A stretch of DNA of 64,000 nt from a virus (IMGVR_UViG_3300005264_000005:1-64000); one strand, 5' to 3'. Positions 41,446 to 51,402 are shown, numbered from the stretch's first letter. Numbers and translations: made by a program. The notes: generated from the letters alone by a model not told the origin.

Positions 41446-41667
41446 TTAGTCATTGCGAGCTATGCTAGCGTTGGCCCACATAACGCACTCTTCAAGTCCA
41501 GTTAAGGCCTGCATTCTTTCTCTGCTATTAGGACACAGTTCAACCATCATAGCGGCTAGCTCCTTAGCCTTCTCTCTCAAGGCAGTATACTTTTCAGGCT
41601 GACCAGGCTTAGGCGTATGATACATAAAAATATTATCTACATTGTAATCATCAATTACTTTTATCAC
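41446..41667 (-). CDS. Acb2/Tad1-like cyclic-nucleotide sponge (anti-defence)
   Basis: F.YH.P...Q...Y..LR...CP.SRE...A.T.LEE.VMWANASIAR. Confidence 0.75.
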   Translation of the reverse strand: MIKVIDDYNVDNIFMYHTPKPGQPEKYTALREKAKELAAMMVELCPNSRERMQALTGLEECVMWANASIARND

Positions 41668-41775
41668 ATCTTAACCTTTCTTTTTAATAGCTCAACTTCT
41701 TTTCTTAACTCATCTAACTCATGCCCCATCTCTAACAGCAGGGGCTCAAGCTTAGATAGAGTTCTTTTTTGTTGT

Positions 41776-42084
41776 TTAATCTTTGAGTTCTTGCTCATGC
41801 TTTGCCTTACCCCATAAGAAAAAGTTAGTTATAGCTCCAAGTAACCAAGAGATACCAGCAGCAGATAACCATAAGCAAGTAAAGTTAAGCCCAACTGCAT
41901 ATGCAAGCGATAATAGCACTGCAAACCAAAAACTACAACACAGCTGACAATAAGCTAATGGTGCAAATTCTCCAGTGTTCTCAAGCCACCAAGTACGAGC
42001 GTCTTCAAATCCAGGACTGTAAAGCCAAGCAGAACTAAGGCCAAATGTTCCAAATACAATTAAGAAAATAAACATTAAATCCAT
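41776..42084 (-). CDS. Membrane protein with CxxC (DUF1360-like)
   Basis: Hydrophobic helices; YCQLCCSFW. Confidence 0.55.
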   Translation of the reverse strand: MDLMFIFLIVFGTFGLSSAWLYSPGFEDARTWWLENTGEFAPLAYCQLCCSFWFAVLLSLAYAVGLNFTCLWLSAAGISWLLGAITNFFLWGKAKHEQELKD

Positions 42085-42407
42085 TACAGAGCTCCTGACT
42101 TATTGAAAGGTAAATCTAACCGCTCTCCATTTTCATTAAGTGTAGTCGCAGGCTTAAGTACATCTGGTACGTCATCATCTCTAAAATAGGTACCCTTAGG
42201 GAATACTGGCTTAGTTGGCACGATTTGATCATAGGGATCACTGGATAAGCTTTTGTACCAGTCTGTCATCATTTCAAATTGCGTGGTAGTGAGTGTTACC
42301 TCACCAAGAAAGTCGTCTTTAATTAATAATCTTTCAGTACCAACAAATTCAATGGTTGGACATTTACATATTGGAGGAGAACAGGCCGTGAATTTATTCT
42401 GACTCAT
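42084..42407 (-). CDS. Hypothetical protein
   Basis: C....CKCP..IKDDF.G motif. Confidence 0.55.
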   Translation of the reverse strand: MSQNKFTACSPPICKCPTIEFVGTERLLIKDDFLGEVTLTTTQFEMMTDWYKSLSSDPYDQIVPTKPVFPKGTYFRDDDVPDVLKPATTLNENGERLDLPFNKSGAL

Positions 42408-42660
42408 TAGTTATTCCTTTATCTAGATATTGTTGTAGTGCTTGTGCAAGTTGATCTACACAGCTAGTATCTCTACTCCCACACTTAACATCTTTAAGCA
42501 TGGAGATAGCTACGGATATATTTGAACCTTCTATAAAGCGAGCAACAGTAGAAAGTGCGCCAGGACAACCGCCGTTGAATTTTACATCAACGACAGTCCC
42601 ATTATCTTCTACGTCAAACTCGATACTCTTAGCGCAAGTTCCAGTTGTTTTAAAGTTCAT
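42394..42660 (-). CDS. TSCPD-domain protein (TIGR03905-like; probable start 42660)
   Basis: GTCAK.I.F...V.F.GGCPG...CG.R.TSCVDQLA.AL. Confidence 0.85.
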   Translation of the reverse strand: MNFKTTGTCAKSIEFDVEDNGTVVDVKFNGGCPGALSTVARFIEGSNISVAISMLKDVKCGSRDTSCVDQLAQALQQYLDKGITNESE

Positions 42661-43087
42661 CAACACTATCTTTTCTCTTATTAGTAAAGTCAGGAAAGTC
42701 ATCATATTCTGCAGGAACAGAGCCTCGCTCTATCATCTCAAGTAAATGAACGATAGAGGTTAAGTTCCAAATAGCTTGAACTAAATGGTCCTCATCTCTA
42801 TACCCTTCCAAGAATTGATTCATATGACGCTTAGCTGAATTATAGAATCGAGAAAGAGGCATGCCTTTCTCCCAATTTCTATCGGCATACTTGGCTACGC
42901 CACCCTCATACAACACTGCAAGTCTCCGCTCTAATATTGGAGAAATAAGATCAAATCTACCTCGCCCAATGTCAGGCTCGCGCATCATGCCAGTTTCAGT
43001 AGTAGCTCTGTCGCCACCATCTTTTAATATGTGCTTCACTGGCGGTACAAGTACTCGTGCTGGATGTATTTTCATATTATTCTCCAC
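42650..43087 (-). CDS. dATP/dGTP diphosphohydrolase-domain (DUF5664-like) protein
   Basis: GRFDLI.P..G..KY..RNWEKG.P......A.RH...EDHL..A.WN. Confidence 0.8.
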   Translation of the reverse strand: MENNMKIHPARVLVPPVKHILKDGGDRATTETGMMREPDIGRGRFDLISPILERRLAVLYEGGVAKYADRNWEKGMPLSRFYNSAKRHMNQFLEGYRDEDHLVQAIWNLTSIVHLLEMIERGSVPAEYDDFPDFTNKRKDSVDEL

Positions 43088-43303
43088 CTTTAATCATATG
43101 TTTCACCATCTCGCTCATAAATTTCCCCGTCATCTAAAGGGCACCATTTAGGGAAGCCAAATTCCTCACAGTCATCATCTTTATCATAAATCATATATTT
43201 AGAGTAAATATGCTTATTGGTGATAGAACAAATATCCTCTACCGCTCCACCATCTCTACGACAAGGACAATTTCTACATGACTTAACTATCTTATAAAAA
43301 ACT

Positions 43304-43951
43304 TTACTCATTATCTTTCCTATCTGCTTCACTAAAAAAGTCAAAGTTAGTTCCTTTTAAGCTTACATCAACACTACTGCGATACTCAGATACACTAGCT
43401 GATACAGAGGCAAACATAGTTTGAGTTCCAATAGAATCACTATTATAGCTCATGGCCTTACCGCTCTTGATACCAAATTTAGCACCTGTAGCAATAGCAT
43501 CTTGACCTGCGCCTAGATAAATAAAGTCCCACTTACACTCGTCCTCTTTAAAGTCAATCATTTCCTTGATAGTTGCACCATCAAATCCAGTAGACTTATT
43601 CTCATGTCCATCGGTTTGAATGACAAAGATAACATTGTCAGGCTTATTATCATCATCTAAGCCATCAATATAATCTGAAGTATCATGGATTGTATTACCT
43701 ATAGCATCGAATAATGCCGTCATGCCACGAGGCACATAAGTTTTATTGTTAAGTTCAGGGATAGACATGATATCTTTTGTACGGTGTAAAGTTTCAATTT
43801 CATGATCAAACTGCACGAGAGTCATGGTACAGAAACCATTAGCTTCCTTTTGATCGTTTAGAAATTGATTAAATCCACCAATAGTATCTTTCTTAACATT
43901 GCCCATTGATCCAGAGCGGTCGATTATAAATGCGATGTGAGTTTTTGACAT
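43304..43951 (-). CDS. vWA-domain protein
   Basis: MIDAS DRSGSM, TALFDAIG, TDG.EN.S. Confidence 0.88.
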   Translation of the reverse strand: MSKTHIAFIIDRSGSMGNVKKDTIGGFNQFLNDQKEANGFCTMTLVQFDHEIETLHRTKDIMSIPELNNKTYVPRGMTALFDAIGNTIHDTSDYIDGLDDDNKPDNVIFVIQTDGHENKSTGFDGATIKEMIDFKEDECKWDFIYLGAGQDAIATGAKFGIKSGKAMSYNSDSIGTQTMFASVSASVSEYRSSVDVSLKGTNFDFFSEADRKDNE

Positions 43952-44338
43952 ATTATGTCTCCTATAAATTAAAATGTTTTATTAGCATAACGTAAGTAGC
44001 CTTAAGAAGCCATAGCCTCCAATGCCATCATCAATTCTTTGCTTAATTGCTAAAATTCTATTGTATAATACAGATCCCTCAACCATAAGTTCCTCGAATA
44101 TAGGAATAAAGTCATCTGAACGAAGCTTAGATATAAGAATAGGGTCTCCTGAGCCATCGGTCTTGATTACATAGCTAGACCATATACCAGAATTAGGATG
44201 TGTATGTGCATAGTGAATAAATTCATCATATGAATATACTCTAGTCCCCATAGCCGTAGCTCCATGACAACCAGTTCCAAATTTAATAAAGGCTATATTT
44301 TCTCTAATCATATTGTGTTTCCTGTAAGTTATTGTCCA

Positions 44339-44647
44339 TTATGTTGCTTTCTTAGCCATGCTGTTGTTTTTTTGATCAAATAAAGAATAAGTTCTATTGC
44401 CTATAACTGAGTTAGTCATACGCTTAAACAAATCATTATGAATATGATTAGAGAGGTAGGTTTCAAAGTGAGTTTTCTTTAAAGATTTAATTTTTACTGG
44501 AATAAAGTCTATATTAACGCCAATGAGATAGTCATCATGTGTATCAGTTAGTCTTCCGCTATTTTGTAGGTCTAGATAAGTTTCTATAGTAAAAAGCCTA
44601 CAGTCCCTAAAGAATCTACTCTTTTTAATTCTTGCTATCATGAACAT
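44339..44647 (-). CDS. Hypothetical protein (probable start 44647)
   Basis: SD AAGGA before MFMIARIKK; the longer ORF call extends into a structured non-coding region. Confidence 0.45.
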   Translation of the reverse strand: MFMIARIKKSRFFRDCRLFTIETYLDLQNSGRLTDTHDDYLIGVNIDFIPVKIKSLKKTHFETYLSNHIHNDLFKRMTNSVIGNRTYSLFDQKNNSMAKKAT

Positions 44648-44684
44648 ACTATGTGTCCTTAGTTTTAATAATGTATTGTTTTGG

Positions 44685-44850
44685 TGTGTTGAGTCGCACA
44701 AAGGGTATTTCAAAAAGGATGGCATGAGAGGAGTGTCCAAATGGACAAAAGGATAAAGCACTGAGCCCCTACAAAATGCAGAGGCCCAGAATAGCAGATC
44801 CGAAAAATACCACTAAGAGGTTTTCAAGCTCTAGTGTGTGATTATAATTC
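44685..44850 (-). ncRNA. Putative structured RNA
   Basis: 13-bp hairpin CTGGGCCTCTGCA-TTT-TGTAGGGGCTCAG with 3 G.U pairs only on the minus strand; nested stems GGTATTT/AAATACC and GGAT/ATCC. Confidence 0.45.
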
Positions 44851-44890
44851 AGATAACGTTATTAACACATAGATACCAAAAGGAGGTAAT

Positions 44891-45142
44891 ATGACATCAC
44901 GTAACGCAGGATCCAATCACCCATTATATGGGAAAAGTGGAAAATTTTTAATTACACATATAAAGACTGGTAAGTCTTTTGAGGTAACAGGCATATATCA
45001 CTGGGCTAAACTAAAAGGCTTAAATGCCACAGCTCTACTAGAGATAGCAAATAATAAGCCTATTATAAAACCAAACGGTAAGATTACATTTAGAAGACAA
45101 CATAAAGGATATGTATGTAAAAGAATTATTCAGGAAGAATAA
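44891..45142 (+). CDS. Homing-endonuclease DNA-binding remnant (NUMOD-like, no nuclease domain)
   Basis: GSNHPLYGK and HKGY motifs; lone + strand gene with SD AGGAGG. Confidence 0.6.
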   Translation: MTSRNAGSNHPLYGKSGKFLITHIKTGKSFEVTGIYHWAKLKGLNATALLEIANNKPIIKPNGKITFRRQHKGYVCKRIIQEE

Positions 45143-45726
45143 TATTAAACTTATCGCCATATCCCATAAGCATATCTAAAACATCATTGCCATAGTTAAC
45201 ATATTCGATTTCTCCAATATAACTAGACAGTGAATCCAATACAATCTTCTCTCTCCATGCCGATTCTAGCTGCCACCAGCACAGAGACATATTAAGATTA
45301 GAATGTCCTTCTGTAATTTGTAATCTAGAAATAGACAATGCTAAGTTAAAAGGATCACGAGATTCAATTATATTAATATCTGTACCTATTTGATAAAAAT
45401 CACACAGCTCAGATATATGAACACCATTAATTGTTGTAATACTAGTTAATTCAATACTAAAGGCATCTTCTATTTTGCTAGCTATTAATACAGTATCTTC
45501 AAATAAGGTTTTATAATAAGAACAAGTCTCTGGTCCACGCATAGATTTAACATTAATCCAGCTATCTCGTAAAATATGCTTAACTTCACTAAAATTTTGA
45601 TTGAAGGACTTTAGGTCACTAACTTCAAGCTGAATTAAAGTACCTTGATCAGCTAAGTATCTTAGCTTATTTGCGTCGAATTTATTGCCTATATTAATCT
45701 TAGTAATGGTCTCCATGTTAAGCCTC

Positions 45727-46194
45727 TTAGTTTTTAGGTATTACATCACTGTAGTCTTCTAAATACTGTACATTATCTGCAATCTTTAATAATTCAAGGG
45801 AAGTGAAATCTCTAGCACCGATAACTGTAGTAATAGCACCTTGCTTAGAGCATAAATCTAAAGCATATGCAAAGTGGCCGTCTCCTGAAACGATAATAAC
45901 TGCATCTGGTTTTAAATTCTTATAGTCATTCGTTAAGTCTGCAATTAAGATATGATCTACATTAGTATCTTGACCAATATCAATTGTGACACACTTGTAA
46001 CCATTATTACATAAGTATGTAATAAAACCTTTTTGTGAATCTGAATCTTGATCAAGCGCCATATACGATGTAGCTTTAATTACATCGTACTTTTTATTTA
46101 CTTCATCTAACAGACATTTAAAATTTAACTTCTTATATCTGAAAAAAATATTGTTCTGATCAATACACATAATAGCTGTTGGCTTATTTGCCAT
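45727..46194 (-). CDS. NYN-domain (PIN-like) protein
   Basis: IDQNN, VD..L..D, VSGDGHF, S..L...AD. Confidence 0.85.
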   Translation of the reverse strand: MANKPTAIMCIDQNNIFFRYKKLNFKCLLDEVNKKYDVIKATSYMALDQDSDSQKGFITYLCNNGYKCVTIDIGQDTNVDHILIADLTNDYKNLKPDAVIIVSGDGHFAYALDLCSKQGAITTVIGARDFTSLELLKIADNVQYLEDYSDVIPKN

Positions 46195-46204
46195 AAATTA
46201 CTCC

Positions 46205-46828
46205 TTAAGAATATGTTACTTTAAATGCTAGGTTCAACATAGTAGTTGGCCTACTGGCTTTATATGTAAATGTATGAACATGCTCAACTTTACAGTTATG
46301 ACTCTCCGCTATCTCGGAAATTGCATGAGAAATATCATCTTGATTCTTAATTGCAAGCCTATGCATATTAACACCAATGCCAGTTATTTGAAATGTGAAA
46401 AACACTAAGCCACCGTTAGCGACATGTTGCTTTTCAAAAACTTTGTCAATTAAGGAAGCCGTACAATTAGGCTTACCGTTATCATAGAAAAAAGTACAGA
46501 AATCTAGGTTTACTACATCATAGAAACGCTTATGATCAAACTCACAAAAGTGCTTATATGCATCAATTGGAACAAGATGCTTAAATTGAACTTTCAACTT
46601 CTCATATTCGCCTGATTCATTCCAGCTTTTAAGTTTAGGAAGATTATTTTCACAAATAGTCATGAATTTAACATCTAAATTATCAGCATAGTAATTAGCA
46701 CCAATACCGCCACCTAAAAATTCAAAAAAACGAAGATCTTTATTATCTATATAGCTCTTAATTACAGCAACATTTTGAGGCCTTGAATACTTTTCTTTAT
46801 TATCATTATTATCTTCAGTTTTGCTCAT
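46205..46828 (-). CDS. SAM-dependent methyltransferase-like protein
   Basis: EFLGGG.G, YDVVNLDFC. Confidence 0.5.
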   Translation of the reverse strand: MSKTEDNNDNKEKYSRPQNVAVIKSYIDNKDLRFFEFLGGGIGANYYADNLDVKFMTICENNLPKLKSWNESGEYEKLKVQFKHLVPIDAYKHFCEFDHKRFYDVVNLDFCTFFYDNGKPNCTASLIDKVFEKQHVANGGLVFFTFQITGIGVNMHRLAIKNQDDISHAISEIAESHNCKVEHVHTFTYKASRPTTMLNLAFKVTYS

Positions 46829-46842
46829 AAATAACTCCGTTT

Positions 46843-46868
46843 AAAAGCCCCCGGTTTCCCAGGGGCAA
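46843..46868 (-). terminator. Intrinsic terminator
   Basis: Minus strand GCCCCTGG-GAAA-CCGGGGGCTTTT. Confidence 0.65.
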
Positions 46869-46874
46869 TCAAAT

Positions 46875-47357
46875 TTACTTACTCTTGTTCATTGCAGCTT
46901 CTCGAGCACGCTCTTCTGACTCAAGCGCCTCCTCTACAGCAAAACGCTGTGCATGAACCTCAAACCACTTAGCAATAGCATAAGCTTCGTCAGACTCTAG
47001 GCTGATATTAGCTTTCTTATCACCCTCTCTCATCATGATAGAAACCTTACCATTATAGATATTAGCAGTGAGCTGCTTTTTAGCATCGCCTTTGCCTACA
47101 CTTTTGCTCATATCAGCAAATTTCTTCAGCTCAACTTCAACTCCCTGAGACATTCCCAAGAACTTAAAAGATGCTTGAAACATTTCAAGGGTTCTAAAAG
47201 AAATACTACAAGTTTTATCATAATCAAATCTTACTTCGCCAGCTTGTGGCTGACCCTTGCTTGCTCCTGCAATGCCTGGAGTGATACGGATAAAAGCTCT
47301 TTTCTCTGCGCCCCATATAGACAGCTCGATTACTGAATTAGTGCGATAAATTCTCAT
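46875..47357 (-). CDS. Hypothetical (possible ssDNA-binding) protein
   Basis: 160-aa ORF next to SpoVG-like gene. Confidence 0.45.
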   Translation of the reverse strand: MRIYRTNSVIELSIWGAEKRAFIRITPGIAGASKGQPQAGEVRFDYDKTCSISFRTLEMFQASFKFLGMSQGVEVELKKFADMSKSVGKGDAKKQLTANIYNGKVSIMMREGDKKANISLESDEAYAIAKWFEVHAQRFAVEEALESEERAREAAMNKSK

Positions 47358-47377
47358 ACTTGTTCTCCTAGTTTAAA

Positions 47378-47788
47378 TTAACCCCAGGTAATTGTCTTTT
47401 TACCTGGGCTCTTTTCTGCCGTTTCAACAGAATCCTTTTTAGCTTCCTCAGCGTCTTTGACAACAGGATTAGTGGCCATAACAACATCAACCTTCTTTTC
47501 AGAGGCTTTTCCGCCATTAGTAATGCCCATCTTCTTATTAAATTCAGAAACGATATGGTCCCCAATCTTATCTTTTGCTTCCATAGATGTAAAGGTAACT
47601 AATGCTACGTAATCACCATCAGCCTTTTTCTTTTGAGGCCAAGAGATAAAAAGTCTACCGTCTTTACCTGACTTTATAATAGTAAATTTTACAACAAGAG
47701 CTTCATTGAATGTAATCATTCCATATCCAACGCCACTGCCTGTATCAAAATTTGAAACAAAAACTTTAGTTTCAGTAATTTTTAACAT
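47378..47788 (-). CDS. SpoVG-like nucleic-acid-binding protein
   Basis: KITE.KV..ITFNE.LVV...II...G.LFISWP.KK..DG.Y. Confidence 0.7.
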   Translation of the reverse strand: MLKITETKVFVSNFDTGSGVGYGMITFNEALVVKFTIIKSGKDGRLFISWPQKKKADGDYVALVTFTSMEAKDKIGDHIVSEFNKKMGITNGGKASEKKVDVVMATNPVVKDAEEAKKDSVETAEKSPGKKTITWG

Positions 47789-48074
47789 ACTTTCTCCTTA
47801 TTAAATACGTACAACAGCGCCTTTTTTGGCTTCATACATACCTGGCTTCTCATCTGATAAGCTATTAAATAGCTCAAAAATAATATCACTTAATTGGTCA
47901 ATAAGGCTTCCGCTAAATAACATAGTACCTTCATGCTTCAATACTGAAACAGGACCTTCACCGCTATTGAGATCAATTTGAAACTTATTTAAAACAAGAG
48001 CAATATCAGGACCATCTTCAATTTTCACTGAAGCAGACCCAGAAGACTCTCCTGTTTTGCTTATGATAATCTTT

Positions 48075-48560
48075 TTAATTATAAATGACATAACTATAAA
48101 CTAACTCCTTTATTTCATCAAGATTACTATGATTATATATACAGTACTTAGACTTCGGAAGCTTAACAGACTGTCTTAGTTTCTTTAAACTAAATCCGCC
48201 AATTCTATTACGATTAGCTTCACTGCCAAACAGAGATATAAATCTATCTTTATTCTTTTCATGCATAACTAAAGAAGGACTAACTGCAATATTTAAGCAA
48301 TCTAGCCTATTAAGACTAGGACAATCAGACTTATTATAGCCAATCCTGCTATTAACAGATTCTGCAATTACAGTATGTCCAAGATCAGAAAGCCTAATAA
48401 CTTCTGTATAGAAGCCCATGTAGCCACCGTTGCCGTAAAATAGTTCATAATTAACAATCTTACATTCACCTATCTTATCCGCTAATTGAGCCACTAGATA
48501 TGTTTTGCCTGAATACGGAGCACCATTTACAAATATAATCTTACCACTAGAATGGTTTTG
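48075..48560 (-). CDS. P-loop kinase-like protein (start uncertain)
   Basis: IIFVNGAPYSGKT. Confidence 0.6.
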   Translation of the reverse strand, partial: QNHSSGKIIFVNGAPYSGKTYLVAQLADKIGECKIVNYELFYGNGGYMGFYTEVIRLSDLGHTVIAESVNSRIGYNKSDCPSLNRLDCLNIAVSPSLVMHEKNKDRFISLFGSEANRNRIGGFSLKKLRQSVKLPKSKYCIYNHSNLDEIKELVYSYVIYN

Positions 48561-48768
48561 GGCTAGATCCGTCATAAGACAATTCTTCCCTTGAATAACC
48601 GTTAGCTTCTGAGTAGCCATTAATTTTACCTTGGCAAACAGTAGGTACAGTTGCAATAGATGATCCACATTCTTTACACTTAAGTGTTTCTATTAAGCTA
48701 TAGCTACATAATTTAGTAAACTCATATTTACACTCTTCGTTTACACATCTTAATAGATATTGTGGCAT
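48547..48768 (-). CDS. FmdB-like zinc-ribbon protein
   Basis: MPQY..RC....C...F...C..CGS. Confidence 0.7.
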   Translation of the reverse strand: MPQYLLRCVNEECKYEFTKLCSYSLIETLKCKECGSSIATVPTVCQGKINGYSEANGYSREELSYDGSSPKPF

Positions 48769-48770
48769 AT

Positions 48771-49955
48771 CTATTCTCCTTCCAAGTAAGCAATAACATC
48801 AACTTTCGCCTTTGCTATCTCATCTCTAATCGTAACATTCTCATTTTCATACGAATATTTCTTTTCATGAGCGGCCCATATTTTCAATATACCATACTTT
48901 AATATGCCCTTGCCATTAGCTACTTCTAGAATTTTTTGCGATGAAACCCTACTTACCAATTCGCTGAAGAAATGACCAGAATAGCTATCACAAAAAGCAA
49001 TAGTTGACTCATTGCAGAATCCAAATATACTAGTTATATATAGATTCCTCAATGCATACAAGCTAGAGATATAGCTAGTAGAAAAAGTATTATTAATGTC
49101 ACACTTAACCATATTGTAATTTAAAGGCTTGCCAGAAACTATATCATAAAATACATTATATGCAATCTGAGCAACCAGCATATTAATAGGCATTGATTGA
49201 TCGTTCTGTAAAGTCATGTCCGTACAGCTTAAGACCTCAGTATCTTTAAAGTTTAAGTACAGATTAAGCAAAGAAGGCAGGCAAGGAGTTTTGTATTTAG
49301 GCTTAATACTAAAATCACAATTTAAATCAGCATTAATCGTACTAATAATAGTACCGATTTCAGACTCAGGTGTAGCTGATTGAGAATAACTAACTCTTGA
49401 TTCTGATGAAACTAAAACTTGCCCAAACGTATCTTCGTTACCACAGCTAATAATAGTAATACAGCCTCTATTGATTCCATTATCTTCAATAGACTTACGA
49501 GCATTTAAATTATCAGTACAGTCAAAGATAATGTAATTTGCATCAGAGCCACCATGCAGATTCTTACCAGTCTTAAATCCACACTCATCAAAACGATTAT
49601 TAAAATACTCAATATCGAAACCGAATAAAGCAGAATATCTCTCTGCCATAACCTCAGCTTTACCTTTGCCTATATCGAAACTAAAGAAATTCTGTCTCTT
49701 TAGATTTTTATGTTCTACTGTATCCATATCAATTAAGATTAATTCCATCTTATGTTTGATATATTCAGTATTGCGAATATTACTTTCTATTTCATTGTTA
49801 TGATTTGAAATATGCTGTGCAATATTAGGAATTATCCTGCCGCCAGTACCACCGCATCCAACAACAATAATTTTCGTTACACCGTAGCTGCGAGAAAAAT
49901 TCTTTAAGTTTGGTTTAAATTCCACTGATCTTAATTTTAATAAATCAACATTCAT
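48771..49955 (-). CDS. ThiF/E1-like ubiquitin-activating enzyme (PRTRC-type)
   Basis: VVGCGGTGG, D.D.VE.KNLKRQNF, KA, DCTDN..AR, GN...GQV, SC (catalytic Cys) ..Q...IN. Confidence 0.9.
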   Translation of the reverse strand: MNVDLLKLRSVEFKPNLKNFSRSYGVTKIIVVGCGGTGGRIIPNIAQHISNHNNEIESNIRNTEYIKHKMELILIDMDTVEHKNLKRQNFFSFDIGKGKAEVMAERYSALFGFDIEYFNNRFDECGFKTGKNLHGGSDANYIIFDCTDNLNARKSIEDNGINRGCITIISCGNEDTFGQVLVSSESRVSYSQSATPESEIGTIISTINADLNCDFSIKPKYKTPCLPSLLNLYLNFKDTEVLSCTDMTLQNDQSMPINMLVAQIAYNVFYDIVSGKPLNYNMVKCDINNTFSTSYISSLYALRNLYITSIFGFCNESTIAFCDSYSGHFFSELVSRVSSQKILEVANGKGILKYGILKIWAAHEKKYSYENENVTIRDEIAKAKVDVIAYLEGE

Positions 49956-49967
49956 ATAAATATCCTT

Positions 49968-50735
49968 TTAAATTCTATCTCTAACGCTGTTCCATAAACC
50001 TGCATATCCACTTCGTGCAGAAGGAATTCCGTATTGAGAATATGAACTTCTATTATTAATTCTAGGACCAGCATTATCGGTTGCTGGTTTTGGTGTTTGA
50101 ATAGAAATATTCTGCATACTTTTTTCAAAATCGAGACTGAATGATTCAGTTGATTCGCAAAATAAGTCATCAAAATCAGCATCTACATGAGTACCCATAG
50201 TGCTAAACCTAGCTTTAAATTGAGGTATAACTTTATTAATTCTACCCATAACGCCAGAATATCGATCTCTATTGTCATCAGCGTTATCTGTACTAGACCA
50301 GAATGCATTCATGTTACTTGTATGAGAATGTACATCCATAATAAGCTTACAGTTAGGGAAGTCAGTCCATAAATTAGATAAATCATACTTAGCTGACCCT
50401 GCACCAATAGCTTGTATCGGTACATGTAGGAAATATTTATCAGTTTCAGTATTATACATAATTAAAATATATGCTTCTAATTGCTTATTAGCATTATCTA
50501 ATTCAACATACCTAAAGAATTTTTGTATCTCCCAAAACAGAAGAGCTGGTATCTTCCTTGGCAGAACAGCAATATCAGACTCGCCTACTGGCAATCCAAC
50601 AATACCGTTAATTTTTACTGTAATATAGCCACAGCCACAAGCCTTGACTAAATAAATGCCATCCGAGCACAGGCAATACGTAGCTAATCCAAGCCCAGTT
50701 TTGTCTTCCGGAATTCCTTTAATAATATCAAACAT
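49968..50735 (-). CDS. JAB/MPN metallopeptidase (PRTRC protein A-like)
   Basis: E...DVHSH...AFWSSTDNADD. Confidence 0.88.
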   Translation of the reverse strand: MFDIIKGIPEDKTGLGLATYCLCSDGIYLVKACGCGYITVKINGIVGLPVGESDIAVLPRKIPALLFWEIQKFFRYVELDNANKQLEAYILIMYNTETDKYFLHVPIQAIGAGSAKYDLSNLWTDFPNCKLIMDVHSHTSNMNAFWSSTDNADDNRDRYSGVMGRINKVIPQFKARFSTMGTHVDADFDDLFCESTESFSLDFEKSMQNISIQTPKPATDNAGPRINNRSSYSQYGIPSARSGYAGLWNSVRDRI

Positions 50736-51397
50736 TAAATAGTTCCTAACGTATAGTTACGACCAGAATCAACATATAGCTGATCAGGAAATTCTTCTTT
50801 TCCTTTTAGGAAATTAAATAAACCTAAAGGAGTATCAAATCCAACATGACGAAATAATGACCCTTGGAATAAATCATTATTAAATGGTGCATTAAACAAT
50901 CTATTGATATAATTACCAAGACCACAAAGTGATTGAAATTCACCAGATAAAACAGATCCACCACCCCAACACACCCAGCCACTATCACTTACATTTGGAA
51001 ATGGAAGATTGTATAAAATAGTATTGTCATTAAAAAACATAGGAGCATCTTTAACTGCCCATGCAAAAGTCTGACTTAGTGTAAAGTTTTTTTTATTTAC
51101 CTGTAATTCAAACTTCATAATTACACCAGGACGAATACAGTCAGTAATTACTTCGGACTTATAATTGGCATCAAACTTAACAGGAGGCGAATAAAGGAAT
51201 AAGAATGCTCTATTACCTTTTTCTTGCCATTTAATAGTTCCAACAGGTAAAACAGGAGTATTAATACCAGTACCTTTGTCTTGGAATGCCTTTACTAAAG
51301 ACTCAATCTTAACAGTTTTCTTAAATAAGCTATCGCCACCATTTCCATGAGTAACAATAGCTGCATTTTCTCTTATTTCAATTAAAACATTTGACAT
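50735..51397 (-). CDS. Prokaryotic E2-like protein (PRTRC protein B-like)
   Basis: T.LY.LPFPNV...G.VCWG...F..PFN.D. Confidence 0.85.
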   Translation of the reverse strand: MSNVLIEIRENAAIVTHGNGGDSLFKKTVKIESLVKAFQDKGTGINTPVLPVGTIKWQEKGNRAFLFLYSPPVKFDANYKSEVITDCIRPGVIMKFELQVNKKNFTLSQTFAWAVKDAPMFFNDNTILYNLPFPNVSDSGWVCWGGGSVLSGEFQSLCGLGNYINRLFNAPFNNDLFQGSLFRHVGFDTPLGLFNFLKGKEEFPDQLYVDSGRNYTLGTI

Positions 51398-51402
51398 AAA
51401 TA

